This document shows, piece after piece, positions 1 through 12,626 of a DNA stretch of 64,000 nucleotides. Each line of letters starts with the position of its first letter. The stretch's first letter is position 1. The notes below the pieces were generated by a model. The model was not told where the DNA came from. It was given only the letters and a program-made list of their open reading frames with translations, and made no database searches. A program made the translations under genes and the position numbers. The stretch lies in NCBI GenBank assembly GCA_040954595.2, contig CM082579.2:7119625-7183624 (forward strand). The letters are read 5' to 3'. Origin of the DNA: Balanoglossus misakiensis (lineage: Eukaryota > Animalia > Hemichordata).

Positions 1-2974
1 AACCAAATAGTGAAGAAGATGTCAAGGGAAAAAATACAAAATGTTAGTAGTTGTAACATCAAACCGTGTTACAGTAGAGATTTTTCATGATGTTTAGTGC
101 AAAAGCATTCCTGTGTTGCGAATTTTCTGAAGGTTAAATTAGACGATTGAAACATTTAGTTAAACATTGCAAAAAAAAAAGAGAAAAATTGCCAAAAACA
201 AAAACAAATTTTAATTCCAAAATCTCAGTTACAGAAATGCATACTATAATGTTATTCTAAGATTGTTCAAGTTTTCTTATTAATGCTTTTTCCACAAGTT
301 CCTGAGATGCATACCAGCCTAGTAGTGAAAACTTCCATTCAGTTGAATTTTGTTTTTGCCAAAGAAGGGAAAGCTTCTACTTTTGACCGTAGAAACAAAG
401 TCTTACCTTTTGATATCTTTGTGGTATTCATCATGACAGCAGTACTTGGTCACAGAAAAAAAATTAGCGATAGTTGTTTTGATTATTTTTATAGTTAGGT
501 AAGTCGTGTAATCCTGCACAGCTTTTCAGGAATTTCACCAACACCACATTGACAAGTTCACACTGGTTGTTGTTAACATACTGTTGTAGATCACATACTC
601 TTTCTAAGTTTCCAAGCTTGCCTTGTATGGTGCTGTTGCTCAAATGCTTCGGTCATTGGTCCATTCATAACCAGTCAATGAATCCCCCCCCCTCCGGATA
701 AGTGACATCCTTGAGAACTAGAACTCCATCCTCATGTTGCTTCACTAAGGCTGCTGTCTGAGTAGTTTCAATATTATTCCACCACCAGAACTAGCGTTTA
801 ATTAAACCACAGCCTGGAGCAGTATGCCCAGACCGACCTGATTCTCTTTTGGGAGGGGGGGGGGGGTTGTCCGAAGTCGGATTCATTGTTAGATGTTATT
901 TCCAAACGCAAGGTTGACGTTCAGACATTAAAAGTTCATGTTGCATATTTTGAAAAGAGATCTGTGTCATCAGATTACTGTTCTGGTCATGACCCATCCT
1001 CTGCAGGGGTGTGTAGTTATGCTTGGAAGTGGAAGCAAAGTGATGATGTTGGGGAGGATTGGAGGCAAATGTTTCTTCTTGGGGGACAGTAATACTGAGA
1101 ATAAGATGTTGCTAAGCAACCAGTTTTCAATAGACCTTCCATTTCCCATGCGTATAGATCCTTGGCAAAAGGTGTTGAAGAAACTACAAGCTTCAAGCTA
1201 CATTTACTATTTTTGTACTAATTCCAGGAAGTATAAAGTAAGCATCCAATGCTTGCTTGTCAACCGTAACTCTGTCACATCAACTCCAAGAAAGGGCATG
1301 ATACCGGTGATATCAGTGGATTTAATCTCATCACATATAACTCCCAGCATAACTGTATGCAAATCATCGTTGTTGCTTGTGTCAAAGTACACCGTGACAC
1401 AATCCCTCTGTAATCATGGTAATAGAGAGACCTGTGACCATGAGTACACATACCTGGGCACCCTGTACCTGTTCATATCGACCCTTTATTGATTTACCCC
1501 AATGAATGCAATCAGACAAGAAGCACGTCCACAACTAGAAAAGGACGTTCACCCTTAGGATAAACGCCCCGCCCAACTTATTATGCTTTGATATTTGCAT
1601 ATGAATACCAAAGGCTGGTACTAGCTGTCCCCGATTATGACTCACTCATTATTTATTTATTTATGTAGATAGCTAAAAACCAAGGTCTTTACTGCCCATT
1701 AGCGCTGATCCGTCACTGATAATCACAAAATAGTTCAGCAGCCAGGCTTTTTACAAACTTTCACGTACCATTGGATAGTGTTGTTATTGTCCATCTTCTA
1801 AACAATTATCATCATCATCATCAAACAAAATCTTCAATCAGAGAGAAACCACTTCACGTAACACTACTAGTGAGACTTTGCAAAATAACTTAAAAGGTGG
1901 CAAGTTCACCACTATTTATTTGAATGCAAAGGTGTTGTGATGCTAAGACATAGAGAATGAGTATTCAACCACACCAAGAACCAAGGATTCAAATTGTATA
2001 GAACACAGAATTGTTGTTTGCAAAAAATATATTTAATGTTCTCAACAACTTTCATGACAGCGAAATACAGTAGTCACAAGATCCTAACTTGTACATTACT
2101 GGAGGGACTTTTGTCAAGTCATGATGGCATGAGAGCCGTCTCTTGGCAGCTTTCCAATCTATGACACGGCTTGATCACATGGTTTTCACATGTGATGTAT
2201 GCAAGAAGGATAATTACAGAGATCCAACCCAAATGCTATGGTCACACACTGCAACAATTCAGTCACTGTGTTAGTGTACCAAGGCAGATCTGTGTTCACT
2301 TTATGCTCTTTCAGTGGTGCAAACAACATGCTTTCTTCAAAACTACACAATCCAAGCAAAATATGTCCCTTTACTGGGAATTTTCTTTTACTCGTTTTCA
2401 GCACTGAGATGGCAAACAGCATTCATGACGCAATTACACACGCATTATATGAATGTTATTGTTGACTCAGTATGTTGATGTATTACTAAAAGTATTTCAT
2501 CCAGACTTTCAATAAACTAGTGTCAAAAACCCTCACCTACAAACAGACAGAGAAATATTTACAAATGTTTACCAGCAAGTCATTATCCCTGAGAGTGTTA
2601 CTACTGACATAACAATGGCAATCTTCCTGAAGTTCTAGAAAGAAAGCTTAAGAATAACATGACAATGAAATAAAATTGCAGAATTTCCACAGGAAACTTT
2701 TATATATGAAACATTCCAAATATGCATTGACATGGTCTGCGAAATTGACAATCACTTCTAATGTAGAGTACCTGGTAGCTATGGAAACGCAATTGTAGCA
2801 ACTTGCCTGAATGTCAAAATACATGAATTAATGATAAAAGTAAAGAGGCAGCAAAGTGCTTCGTTTAAAACCTGAAAATAAAAAGTGAAAACTGGCATTG
2901 GTACAAATTGAATGCACTGTCACGTCTACAGATAAATTCTGAAATATATAGTTTGCCTCTTTTTTGTTGTAATT

Positions 2975-5031
2975 TTAGCTCGAGGATGCTGCCTTCTTTT
3001 CCAGTTTCTCCGTTAACATCTGCACTTTCTTCTCGTAACTTTCAATCACTTTTTTCAGACTTAGAATCTCTTTCTTCATGGTCACTGCTTCCGACTTCAA
3101 GGCATCGTTTTCCTTGGACAGATACGACGCCTTGATGGCGATCTGGTTTTCTTTGATACGCCGGGCGTCGCGCGATCTTTTAGCTGCGACGTTATTCTTG
3201 TTGCGACGCTGCCAATACTTCTCATCCTTCAGCTCGGAGGGGACGAAAACTTTTTTGGACTTTTTGATCATCGGCTGCGGTTTCAGTTCGTCCTCGGAGA
3301 AGTTATGATTGCGCGGGTCGAACGCTTCTTGACCGGGTGCTGTTGCCAAGGCAACATCGGTTGGTGACAACGGGAATTCCACTTGGACGGTTACAGGGCT
3401 GGGTTCCCGCAGTGGACTTGACAATGCCAATTTTTCTGTGGCAAAATTTTAGAAAACAATAATTAGTGGGAAAGATTCTTTAAAAAATATTTTTTCTCTC
3501 GCACCTCTGACTATAACTGACATATTATTTTTTTCACAAAATGAATTGTACAACTTGCATATTTTACCACATCACAGTAAACAGAAAAATAAGCAAGGAT
3601 CAGTTGAAACTTTCACTAATGCAGCATTTCGAGTTATGAACCCATCCACATGTGATGGTCTCTCAAACCCCCACCCCCCTTTTTTTGCTGCAAACCCAGG
3701 TTACTTATTAATACCTTAAGTGTCAAAAGCTTGTATGCTAAACTAAAGACAACCTACCCATCTGTTTTGGCTTGTCACTGGACGCCTCCATCTCCTCAGT
3801 GGTGTCTTTTGCAACCACACTGTTGGCATTGCTCTTGAGAAGTGCCGGTATCAGAGCAGTGTCCTCCCCACTCTCCTGGGAAGATAAACTCTCAGCTGCA
3901 GACTCCACTGTGGCCTCCTCCGGCAGGAGAATTCCGTTCTCCGTCAGAAATTCGTCCAGGTCCATGCTCTCCAAATTGAAGTCGTTTCCATCGAATTTCA
4001 GAGTTTTGTCCCAAAGTGTGGGTCCCAGAAACGCAGACGACATTTGACTTGGATCGATTCCCCATTCTTCCAGTTGTTTCTCCTTGTCACTTTCCTTGTC
4101 TGGCAGAGAGAGAAAAATGAAGGATTTTGAGATTTCTTTCCTCCAGATGTACATTTATAATTGGACTGGACTCCCTTCGAAATGAAATCTTAAAATGTAA
4201 ACCACTAATGTCACACAGTTTTATAATTGTTATACCCGTTTTTTTAGACTGATTTGTGTGATAGAAGTCACATGATGATCGGTCATTGCTCGAAAGCTGG
4301 TCGACCCAAGGTCAACCATCAAAAAGGGCGTTCACCCCAACAACCGCTGGCGCTGTGAATTACTGTGTATAGTTTTATTCCTTGGTAATTATTATTCATG
4401 ATTCGAGAATTCAATTGAAAATGTTCATTACTTTACATGTATTTTTTTAACATTTTTGTCAGCAAAAGGTCACGATGCTTCATCTTTTCTCATTTTAATA
4501 TGACACTCATTGTGCACTGTTTGTTACCTTTTATGTCAATGACCGAAATCGACACAGGCCTTCATTTCACCAATAGGACTATGGAATTTGTTCAAGCTAC
4601 AACTACAGTTTGTTGACCGCAGCATTGAATATCTGCTCTCTGTCTGCACCTCAATACTCACGGTCACTCACCAATGTCAGTGTGACCGTACTGTATGCAT
4701 GTTGGTGCAACCCTGTTTACCACAGGCATTGGCGCTGGGCGGCCCTCGGACACATCTAATACCCGGGGGACGCGCCGGGCCCTGGGCTTGCTAACCTTTC
4801 TAAAATTCGTTTCCCCCTTCCCCGACACGATCAATGCGCTCGTAATGTAGCTAAGGCTTGCACCAGTAAAACTGCAAGGCGTGAAATTACTCTATAAATC
4901 GAGTCCAACGAAAAAGAAGAAGAAAACACACACACACCTTGCGGATTGACCGGCGGCTGTAGAAGGTCTGGGTTCTCCAACAAGGACTTCAGTGTAACTC
5001 CACCGAACTGGTTTGATGGTGATTCGGCCAT
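2975..5031 (-). CDS. PAR-bZIP transcription factor (HLF/TEF/DBP family), paralogue A; 3 coding exons, ~298 aa
   Basis: Exons 4938-5031, 3758-4099 and 2975-3435 join in frame via GT/AG (phases 1,1). Motifs: [11 protein letters not shown] (cf. HLF GVLRSLLENP), activation domain [30 protein letters not shown] region [24 protein letters not shown], basic region [29 protein letters not shown] plus leucine zipper. Confidence 0.95.
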
Positions 5032-5214
5032 AATGGATAACTTCTCAGACAGGGAAAACAAATTTATGGCTTTCTGCTCTTCGACTAACGATGGAATCTC
5101 TGAAGATCAGCTTTAGGGAATCCGCCGTCCAGAGATAACAGAGGTCACAGCGATGTTCACAGCCCGCAGTGATCACGTATTGTATGTATGTATCACATAG
5201 GTCTCATTTACAAA

Positions 5215-5639
5215 CTTGCGTAAGGCACATCTAATGAATATTCATATATTCAAATCGTTTTGTGAAAAACTTGACAATGACACTGCAGGGCAAGCATGCA
5301 ACACGCGACGAGCCACGTGAGGCCCGAAAGTCAATTAAGCAGCGCCCTCCTCCATATAAGATAGGATAAATGGCTTTATTTATATACAAAAAAAAGTTTC
5401 CTGTAAAAGTGTAATGACAAATGTTCACAAAACTTCAAGAAATCAAACGTGTACTTTAAAAAAAAATCGATAAAAATAATGGGGAGTGGCAGACTGAGAG
5501 ATAAGCCCAGCGGGTTATAAGCACCATGTACATGTATGTATCTGTCCGTCTGTAAAATCAGACTGTACATAGTAAACGCTGGGTTTCCAGTCAAAGTCAA
5601 TCAGTCACAGAGCCGTGGAACGAGTAGGCCTAACACGTG
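5215..5639. promoter_or_regulatory. Candidate promoter motifs of PAR-bZIP A: E-boxes CACGTG (5314, 5634) and bZIP-type site CTTGCGTAAG (5215)
   Basis: Motifs read directly, 180-610 bp upstream of the ATG at 5031 in a CpG-containing stretch; function inferred. Confidence 0.4.
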
Positions 5640-5646
5640 ACAGTCC

Positions 5647-5674
5647 GACATAGTGACCGGCCGGTCACTATGTC
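5647..5674. repeat. Perfect 28-bp palindrome GACATAGTGACCGG|CCGGTCACTATGTC
   Basis: Arms 5647-5660 and 5661-5674 are exact reverse complements with no loop. Confidence 0.9.
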
Positions 5675-5903
5675 CAGGGGTAGCTCAACTGTAAAAGTTT
5701 GCATCCCTTCTGTTCCACAAAGTAGAGTAAAGCGCACTCCCGATGTTTCTGCCAAAAAATAATAAATCAAGAAAATTTATAATGGCTATGAAGCTTCCGA
5801 GTTTTCATCACCATAGCCAGATGTTCATCATTTTATAATACTTTTTAAATTATACTACGCGTGCCAGCAACCATATTGGTATTGACACACACGCTTATGG
5901 AAA

Positions 5904-7659
5904 TTAATGTTCATAGTGGAATACAACCAAACAATGCTTACATCTTCGTAAGATTCTTCTACACACTCTACTACAGGCCATACGAAATCTGTTCATCCGA
6001 TTCCTCATGACGTCAGCCAGACTTGGCGGAGGGTGCCTGTAATTCGGGTGGAGGTAATGGTCGAAGATGCCGGTGTATTGCCCAGAAAGTATTTCAGCCC
6101 CATCATCGATATGTCGCAGACTGGGATTTTCAGAAGACGCTTGCTCGTCCGTCTGGTGGTTGACGTCAGGCGACGCTACAGAGCTGCCAGTGGAGATTTG
6201 GTCGAGCGATATCAGGCCTGGATAGGTGGATGTGTCGATGATGTCTTCATCTTTGTGAGACGGTGTTGTCGCCCGAACAGAATTTTCCTCTGGTTCGGCG
6301 GCATCGGGCTGAGCCGACTCATCAACTGCGCCATCTTCGTCCCTCTTGGTTTTCTTATGTTCTGTCAGAGCATGTCCGGGTGACTCGTGCTCCAAGGCGA
6401 ACCTGGATGTTAACGACGTCTGAGAACAGGACGGAACGTTCCAGTCGTGGGGCAGTTGCGAATCGCTGCTGCAGAGAGACGGTGCGTCGGTCGTGGAGGA
6501 GCGCACTCCGTAAAGGAGTCCATCAACTGTACTGTCCAGATTGGAGATGGATTCTACAGGCGTGCCAGTCAGGCTCTCAGCTTTGCATTCGGTCTCAAAG
6601 TCTCTGTCATTTCTCCCTTCTCTTCCCCAGTCCCCGTCATCACCCGGGAAAGAGGATGGCGTCAATCTGAGGACATCTCCAAGAATCTCTTTGTCCAGAT
6701 CACCAGACCCGTTCTCCGACTGGCGTTTTAGGAGCTGTCCTATATGAAGCATAGCTTGTACTGCCGATGCCAGGTTAATGTATTGAGTGAAATCCGAACA
6801 GCGGATCACGATATCCTGTAAAAAGAGGATTTTTGAGTTAATTTAATATCAGCCACTTGTCTGTTACGAAAGTGACGTAGATACAATTGTTCGGACAGTG
6901 CGTGAACTGGAGCCCATTATGCCTGTTAGCTTTCAGTTTACTTTCAGAATACCCTTGTCAAGTACCCATCAACATTGTCTAATATACACGTCAGTACAAT
7001 CTGCAGCTGGTTTCTGTATTGAAGCAATTTGAAAATATTCGACCCACCTTTTTCCTTTTAATGCATAAAAGACAAATTGTAAGCCACGTGGGACTCTTCG
7101 TCATGCCTGTATATTTGTCCAGTTTAATCCGTTGGACATTTTTATCCATATACTCCTGTTAAACAAAGAAAAAGTGATGGGTGGAAAGATGGCGGCTAAC
7201 TCTACATCTGATTTTAACCAGATTAGATCATGGTCTGAAACAAAGCAACGTATACACGATAATCAGAATTGATTCCACTCACATTTTCCGCAAGGTTCAT
7301 ACGCCCTGGATATATAAATTGAGCATATTTTCTCTGCCAGCGTCTGAAGGGGCCGTGTCGCCGCTTTATATCGACGTATCCACCGAAGACGACTTCGCCC
7401 GACTGAGAGAAAGACGAAAAATATCGTCGCGCGTGGGTTTTTGTTGGGTATTTACCGTTTACTTCTATCGTTGTTTTCTCTCTCTCTCACACACACGCGA
7501 GATTCATACTGTACAACCAATTCGCCTGAAATAAGTACCTTTGAAACTCTGAACTCTGATATTGGGTGTTTCAACAGACTGTCTTTGGCCTACCTTGTAA
7601 CTTTGGATAAGTGCGCGGACATCGCTAACGTGCACATCTGACTCGGAGTTGCTTGCCAT
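5904..7659 (-). CDS. Uncharacterised protein with N-terminal PH-like domain and long acidic/Ser-rich tail; 4 exons, ~401 aa
   Basis: Exons 7594-7659 (MASNSESDVHVSDVRALIQSYK), 7283-7402 (SGEVVFGGYVDIKRRHGPFRRWQRKYAQFIYPGRMNLAEN), 7048-7155 and 5904-6815 are all joined by phase-0 GT/AG introns. G-Y-x-x-x-K...W-x-R-K-Y fits PH beta1-beta2, and DIVIRCSDFTQYINLASAVQAML fits beta7 plus the C-terminal helix. The domain call is by eye. Confidence 0.8.
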
Positions 7660-9433
7660 TTTGACAATCGAATGATCGAGGATATTTTCTACGAACTGAA
7701 TTTTGGGCAGTAAATTACTTTTTACGACAAGACAGCACTCACGTCTTCTGCTGAGACAGCTGTAGACATTAGTTATTTACTGAAAAAGCTTCGGTTGTTC
7801 TTTTGTTGCTGTGTTCGAAAGTTTCGCGGAGTTAAGATTGATCGCGCATGCTGATTGGATAAAAGTTCTGTCGCGCACACTAACTCCTCGTTGTTGATTG
7901 GACAATACTTCGGCATTTTGTATCAGGAAGCGTTCAGGCGAATTGCTTCGGACTAGATCAGGCACTGAACAGACTGTTCGTTGTCGGGGTACGATTTTGT
8001 TTATAATGATTAATGTGCATCTGTTTGTCAAAGTACGTTATCCTTGTACCACTTGAGGCTGAGAAATGGCTTCCGACACTGAGGCGGATGGAACTTAATC
8101 CCCCCTCCCCAATTTTGGTATATGGTGACTTAATAAGCGTAGCAAAATTTGACATACTGCAGAAAATTCCTGCATCTTGCTGTTTGGACGTGGACAATAC
8201 ATTTAGATTGTTGTTGGACTTTGTGATGTTGTTATCAGTGATTGCGAGTAATGATAAGATACAGGCTTTTCCATCAACACCCTTCCCTTTACCTGTAACA
8301 TTTTCGTCATTTCTACCCGCTTTTGGTAGGGAAGTGTGTTTCTCCAAACGACAACCGCAGCTCTCATTCTGTTCACACAGATATTTTAATGTCGACACCA
8401 ATATACACAGTATACAGTTGGCGAAGGGGGTATGGAGATGCCCATATAGTAGGACCTTTGAGGGTCCACTAACACAAACTTACAGACTAAACGTAGTTCA
8501 ACTAAAGGATTCATAGTGCATTTGATCTTGTGTTACTAATAAACATTTACTGGTTACAAAAGAAGTGTCTGTTATTTGCGCCTATACTAATGTCCTGGGC
8601 ACTGCACTTTTCCCTTAATGAACTTTTCAAATGATCAAAAAAATGTTCAAGTTCATATGGAATAAACCCCTTTCGACGACAGACTGTGACTACGAAACCC
8701 TCTAGGAACAGTCCTTAAAAATCTTGCTAAATCTAATTATTTACAAATCAGGTGATATCTTTCATCTGAGAATGTCTGGCTTGTGCGTTCAGCGAAAAAT
8801 ACGTTTTGCCATCTACACCGTGCTTGACACCCAAATTGAATGTGTCAAATGTTTCAACAACCGTCAGTCAAGTAGATGAATCAATATCATCCCCCGTCTC
8901 TTGACAAAGCAAAAAATCTAGACTTTTCATACACTTGGCGATTTTTGAAACACGTCAGGTGATAATTATCTTGGTAGTGTTTCTCTCAGAACTATAAAAT
9001 GTTCCGAATGAGAGGTTGTTTATTTGCATATTTCTGTGCTAAAGTGGCAGTGATGATTTCAAATCTATTATTTCAGTCATGATCCTGACTCTGTACACGG
9101 GTTGCCACAGAAACGTTGATACAAGTACATTATCCAAAATGTCTAAAGTACTCATTATGATAACAACTGAGCTTCTTTTATTTTCACAGAAACTGAAAAG
9201 GGGATATTCTGAACTGAGTTCATACATAGCATCTATAAATTCACAATGTGAGGAGGCAAGGGTCAAACTGATGTCTCATGGAAAGATGATAATGAGAATG
9301 ACACGAACACAAAAATGACTGATACATGTAATTCAGGCAAATATGAGTCAGGTACATTTAAATCAACACAAATGATTTGACGTTGTGTTCCCTTTTGTCA
9401 AATAGATCTTTAAAAGGCCAGATTTTTCTCTTA

Positions 9434-9674
9434 GGCCAAAAAAATAATATGAGTTGTTCCGATAACATGGTTTTCAAAAATAGGGTATTTAGGTAGAGAT
9501 TTTTTTTTATTTTGCATGTTTTTTATTTCTCTGGGCGCTGTAGTGTAGTTCCTGCGTGATGTGTGCAATTTCATTTTTACTTCCGGGTTTACGAAGCTTT
9601 AAAAGTTTAGGGTCGGCAGGTTAAAATTAGGGTAGGTCGAGTAATCGGAACAGCACATATTCTTTATTTGGGTC
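9434..9674. mobile_element. ~240-bp MITE, PIF/Harbinger-like, TTA target duplication
   Basis: Imperfect ~30-bp TIRs (ggccaaaaaaataatatgagttgttccgat / atcggaacagcacatattctttatttgggtc), flanked by TTA at 9431-9433 and 9675-9677. Confidence 0.7.
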
Positions 9675-12431
9675 TTATTCTGAGCTTAAACTTGGCGATT
9701 CCTCTCCAAGTTTTTCAGTTAGCATCTGTACTTTTTTCTCATAATTTGCTATGATCTTCTTCAGACCCAGCAGCTCTTTCTTCAAGCTCACTGTTTCCGA
9801 CTTAAGGGCGTCGTTCTCCTTCGACAGATAAGACGCCTTGATCGCAATCTGGTTCTCCTTGACGCGCCGCGCGTCGCGGGACCGCTTGGCTGCGACGTTG
9901 TTCTTTTTGCGACGTTCCCAATATTTGTCGTCCTTCTGCTCGATGGGGACAAAATTCTTTTTGGACTTTTTAATCATTGGCTGGGGTTTCAGGTCTTCCT
10001 CTGAGAAGTTGTGGCACCGAGGATCAAACTCGTCCTGACCGGGAATGGTCGCCAAGGCAACGTCAGTAGGCGTTAGATTAAAATCCACAGGCACGTTCAC
10101 TGGACTCGGTTCTCTCATGGGACTCGTTGGGGGCGACGGTGGTAAATTGTCTGTGACAAAACAAAAACAGAGGTACACATGTAAATAAACCAGGTTTAAT
10201 AATAATATCATATGAAAAATATCTTTATTCTCCCTCTCTTCCAAAGTTATCAATCAAATATGCAAATCAGTGTCATCATTATCTGCCCACACATCAATGT
10301 TGAAGCTGGAAACACCTCGACAAACAAACTAAGAAACCAGTGATGTGCAAAGACTGTTTGTGACATCATTATATCAGTAATCGTGACACTTACTGTGAAT
10401 TTTCTCTACATTTTGGCCGAGCAGATGACCTCTGACCCCAATGTCCTGCCCCATCAGGGTTGGTTTTCGGGGTGTCATTGGCAAAGTCTTCTCCACACCA
10501 TGCATCTCTTCTGCCGACGTCGGAATCCCATTCTCCGACAGGAACTCGTCAAGATCCATGTATTCCAGCTTGAAGTCACTGCCGTCGTACGGAAGAGTCT
10601 TGTCCCACAGAGTTGGCCCCAGGAAAGCGGCGGACATATCGGCCGCCATTTGACTGTCACTGCCCCATTCTTCTATTTCTTTCTCTTTATCTTTGAGCTT
10701 GCCTGCAAAAAAATGGTAACAAGGCGAAATAAGTTACAGTTTTGACAAAAAAAGAAAAGATCATGTATGAACAATATATGAACAATAATTCTTGTCATGA
10801 CATGAGGTTCTCCGTGCAGGCCACTATAGGGTAGTGGGCCACTACTTTATAATTTTGAAGACAATAGAATGCAATTAACATAACAAGTGTTACTACTGTT
10901 ATGCAAATTAGCCAATATCCCATCATAAATTCTTGGGGAGAACACTGCTTGTAATACTTGAATACGAATTGTTGGTTAATACCCTGTTGAATTATCATTT
11001 CTACATTTCACTGTGTTTATGTACCTATTATTTGTACCTATTCGTATGGGTCTACAGTGCTGATGCAACTAAAGAGGTATGCAAACCTGTTGGTCCTGTT
11101 GGCACAACGCCAGCTTATTTACAGATTAAATATTGACATTATTTCCCCCAGAGGTTGATGACCAGGAGAATATGGTTTACAATGTTTGTGAAAAAAATAT
11201 TTTTTTCTAGAAATTTTCAAAACATGATTTAAAAGCAACCAAAAAAGGGCAGCTCTTTTGTTGACTTTTTGGAGTCTTTTTTTTAGTCTCTTCACATTCA
11301 TTTCAGTGTTTAGATTTGAGGGCCAGGGAGTTCTGCTTGGATGGCAATCCGGACTGTACCATTGCTTAATGGGGAGTGTCAGCATGTGTCTGGCCGAAAG
11401 TTTTTCCCAGGTTTGTGCTGGTGTGGATGGCGTACTAGTTTAAAAACTGTGGTCATGCACTGACTCACTATCGGAAATAGTGACCGATTTGTCAATTTGT
11501 TTTGACCAAATGCAGAAAACCTCTATATTAACCGAGCGACTGTGTGCTACATTTGCACTGTGTTGTCCCTGTGCAGTGAATTATCAGTCATCCCAAGGTG
11601 ACCGTGAAATCATAGACAGTTGATGGTCAACTGTTGTGTGCTGTAGGCAATTTCTGCCAGCCATTCATTACGGCGCCGCCACCCCATGGATAATAGCACA
11701 GTCTCTGACTACGTTGTCTGTTGCTGTTGGTTCCGGAAATCTGAATGTAAATTCCGGACCCTCGATCGTTTCAAGATCGCTAGAATCATTCTCACGTCTG
11801 CTGCTTGTCATACTCGATCTCCAATTGCTTTATACTTTATGATCGACGCTTCCCCCATTTCATATGAAAACAGTCGAAAAACAGAACGTCAATACGATAC
11901 TTACTACATAATTACCTCCGGATGTAAATAAATATATTCAGAGCTAGAGAGAGAAAGATTTTTTTTTATATCGGCCCCACTGATCGGATCCACTGGCAGA
12001 AATTGCCGTGATGCTACGATATAGGAGTTAGCTGTGGAAACGCAGCCCCGGTTGGAACAGCTGCGTTTCCATAGCTACATAGGAGCCGGATTCACAAGTC
12101 ACATGAAATTCCATATGACATTCATTTCCTGTTGTTTTGCCTTTTCGTTTACAAACATCGTGAAAACGGGAAACCTTTACGTCTTTACAAATGCACTGTT
12201 CGATGTTCGGAGTATGCCAAGAAAGAATCTTTCTGGCATTTTTATGAACAATATTAATAATCGCATAAAAAACACTGCGAATGACTGAATGTACAAGTTC
12301 GTTTGGGAAAAACAACGTAAAAACAACTCACTGTTACTTGTAAGGCTGACTGCTGGACGCAGGAGGATTGGATTTTCTAAGAGTGACTTCAGGGTTACCC
12401 CGCTGGACTTGTTGGTTGGTGATTCCGCCAT
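9675..12431 (-). CDS. PAR-bZIP transcription factor (HLF/TEF/DBP family), paralogue B; 3 coding exons
   Basis: Exons 12332 (or 12338)-12431, 10394-10702 and 9675-10150, phases 1,1. Motifs: [47 protein letters not shown] (very close to HLF), [47 protein letters not shown]. Confidence 0.95.
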
Positions 12432-12626
12432 CTCGTCCGATCGATGAATATCAATTGTTTCCCGCAAAAGAAACTGAATTTTAACGAGTGTACGTGGGCA
12501 AAACGGGCAGCACACCGCGCGCTCGTGACCGGGGTTCGTTGATGCACAGACGCACAGGAGTCACGTTTTGCAGCACATGCACTGATGGTGTGGCAAACAA
12601 CGTCGATCGCCCGCAGATAACATAGG

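Noticed and set aside
938-1492. 184-aa plus-strand ORF
   Set aside because: No recognisable motifs or splice context; any coding signal here seems to be on the opposite strand.
7777-8516. Overlapping 84-167 aa ORFs upstream of the PH gene
   Set aside because: No domain-like features; more consistent with promoter or intergenic sequence.
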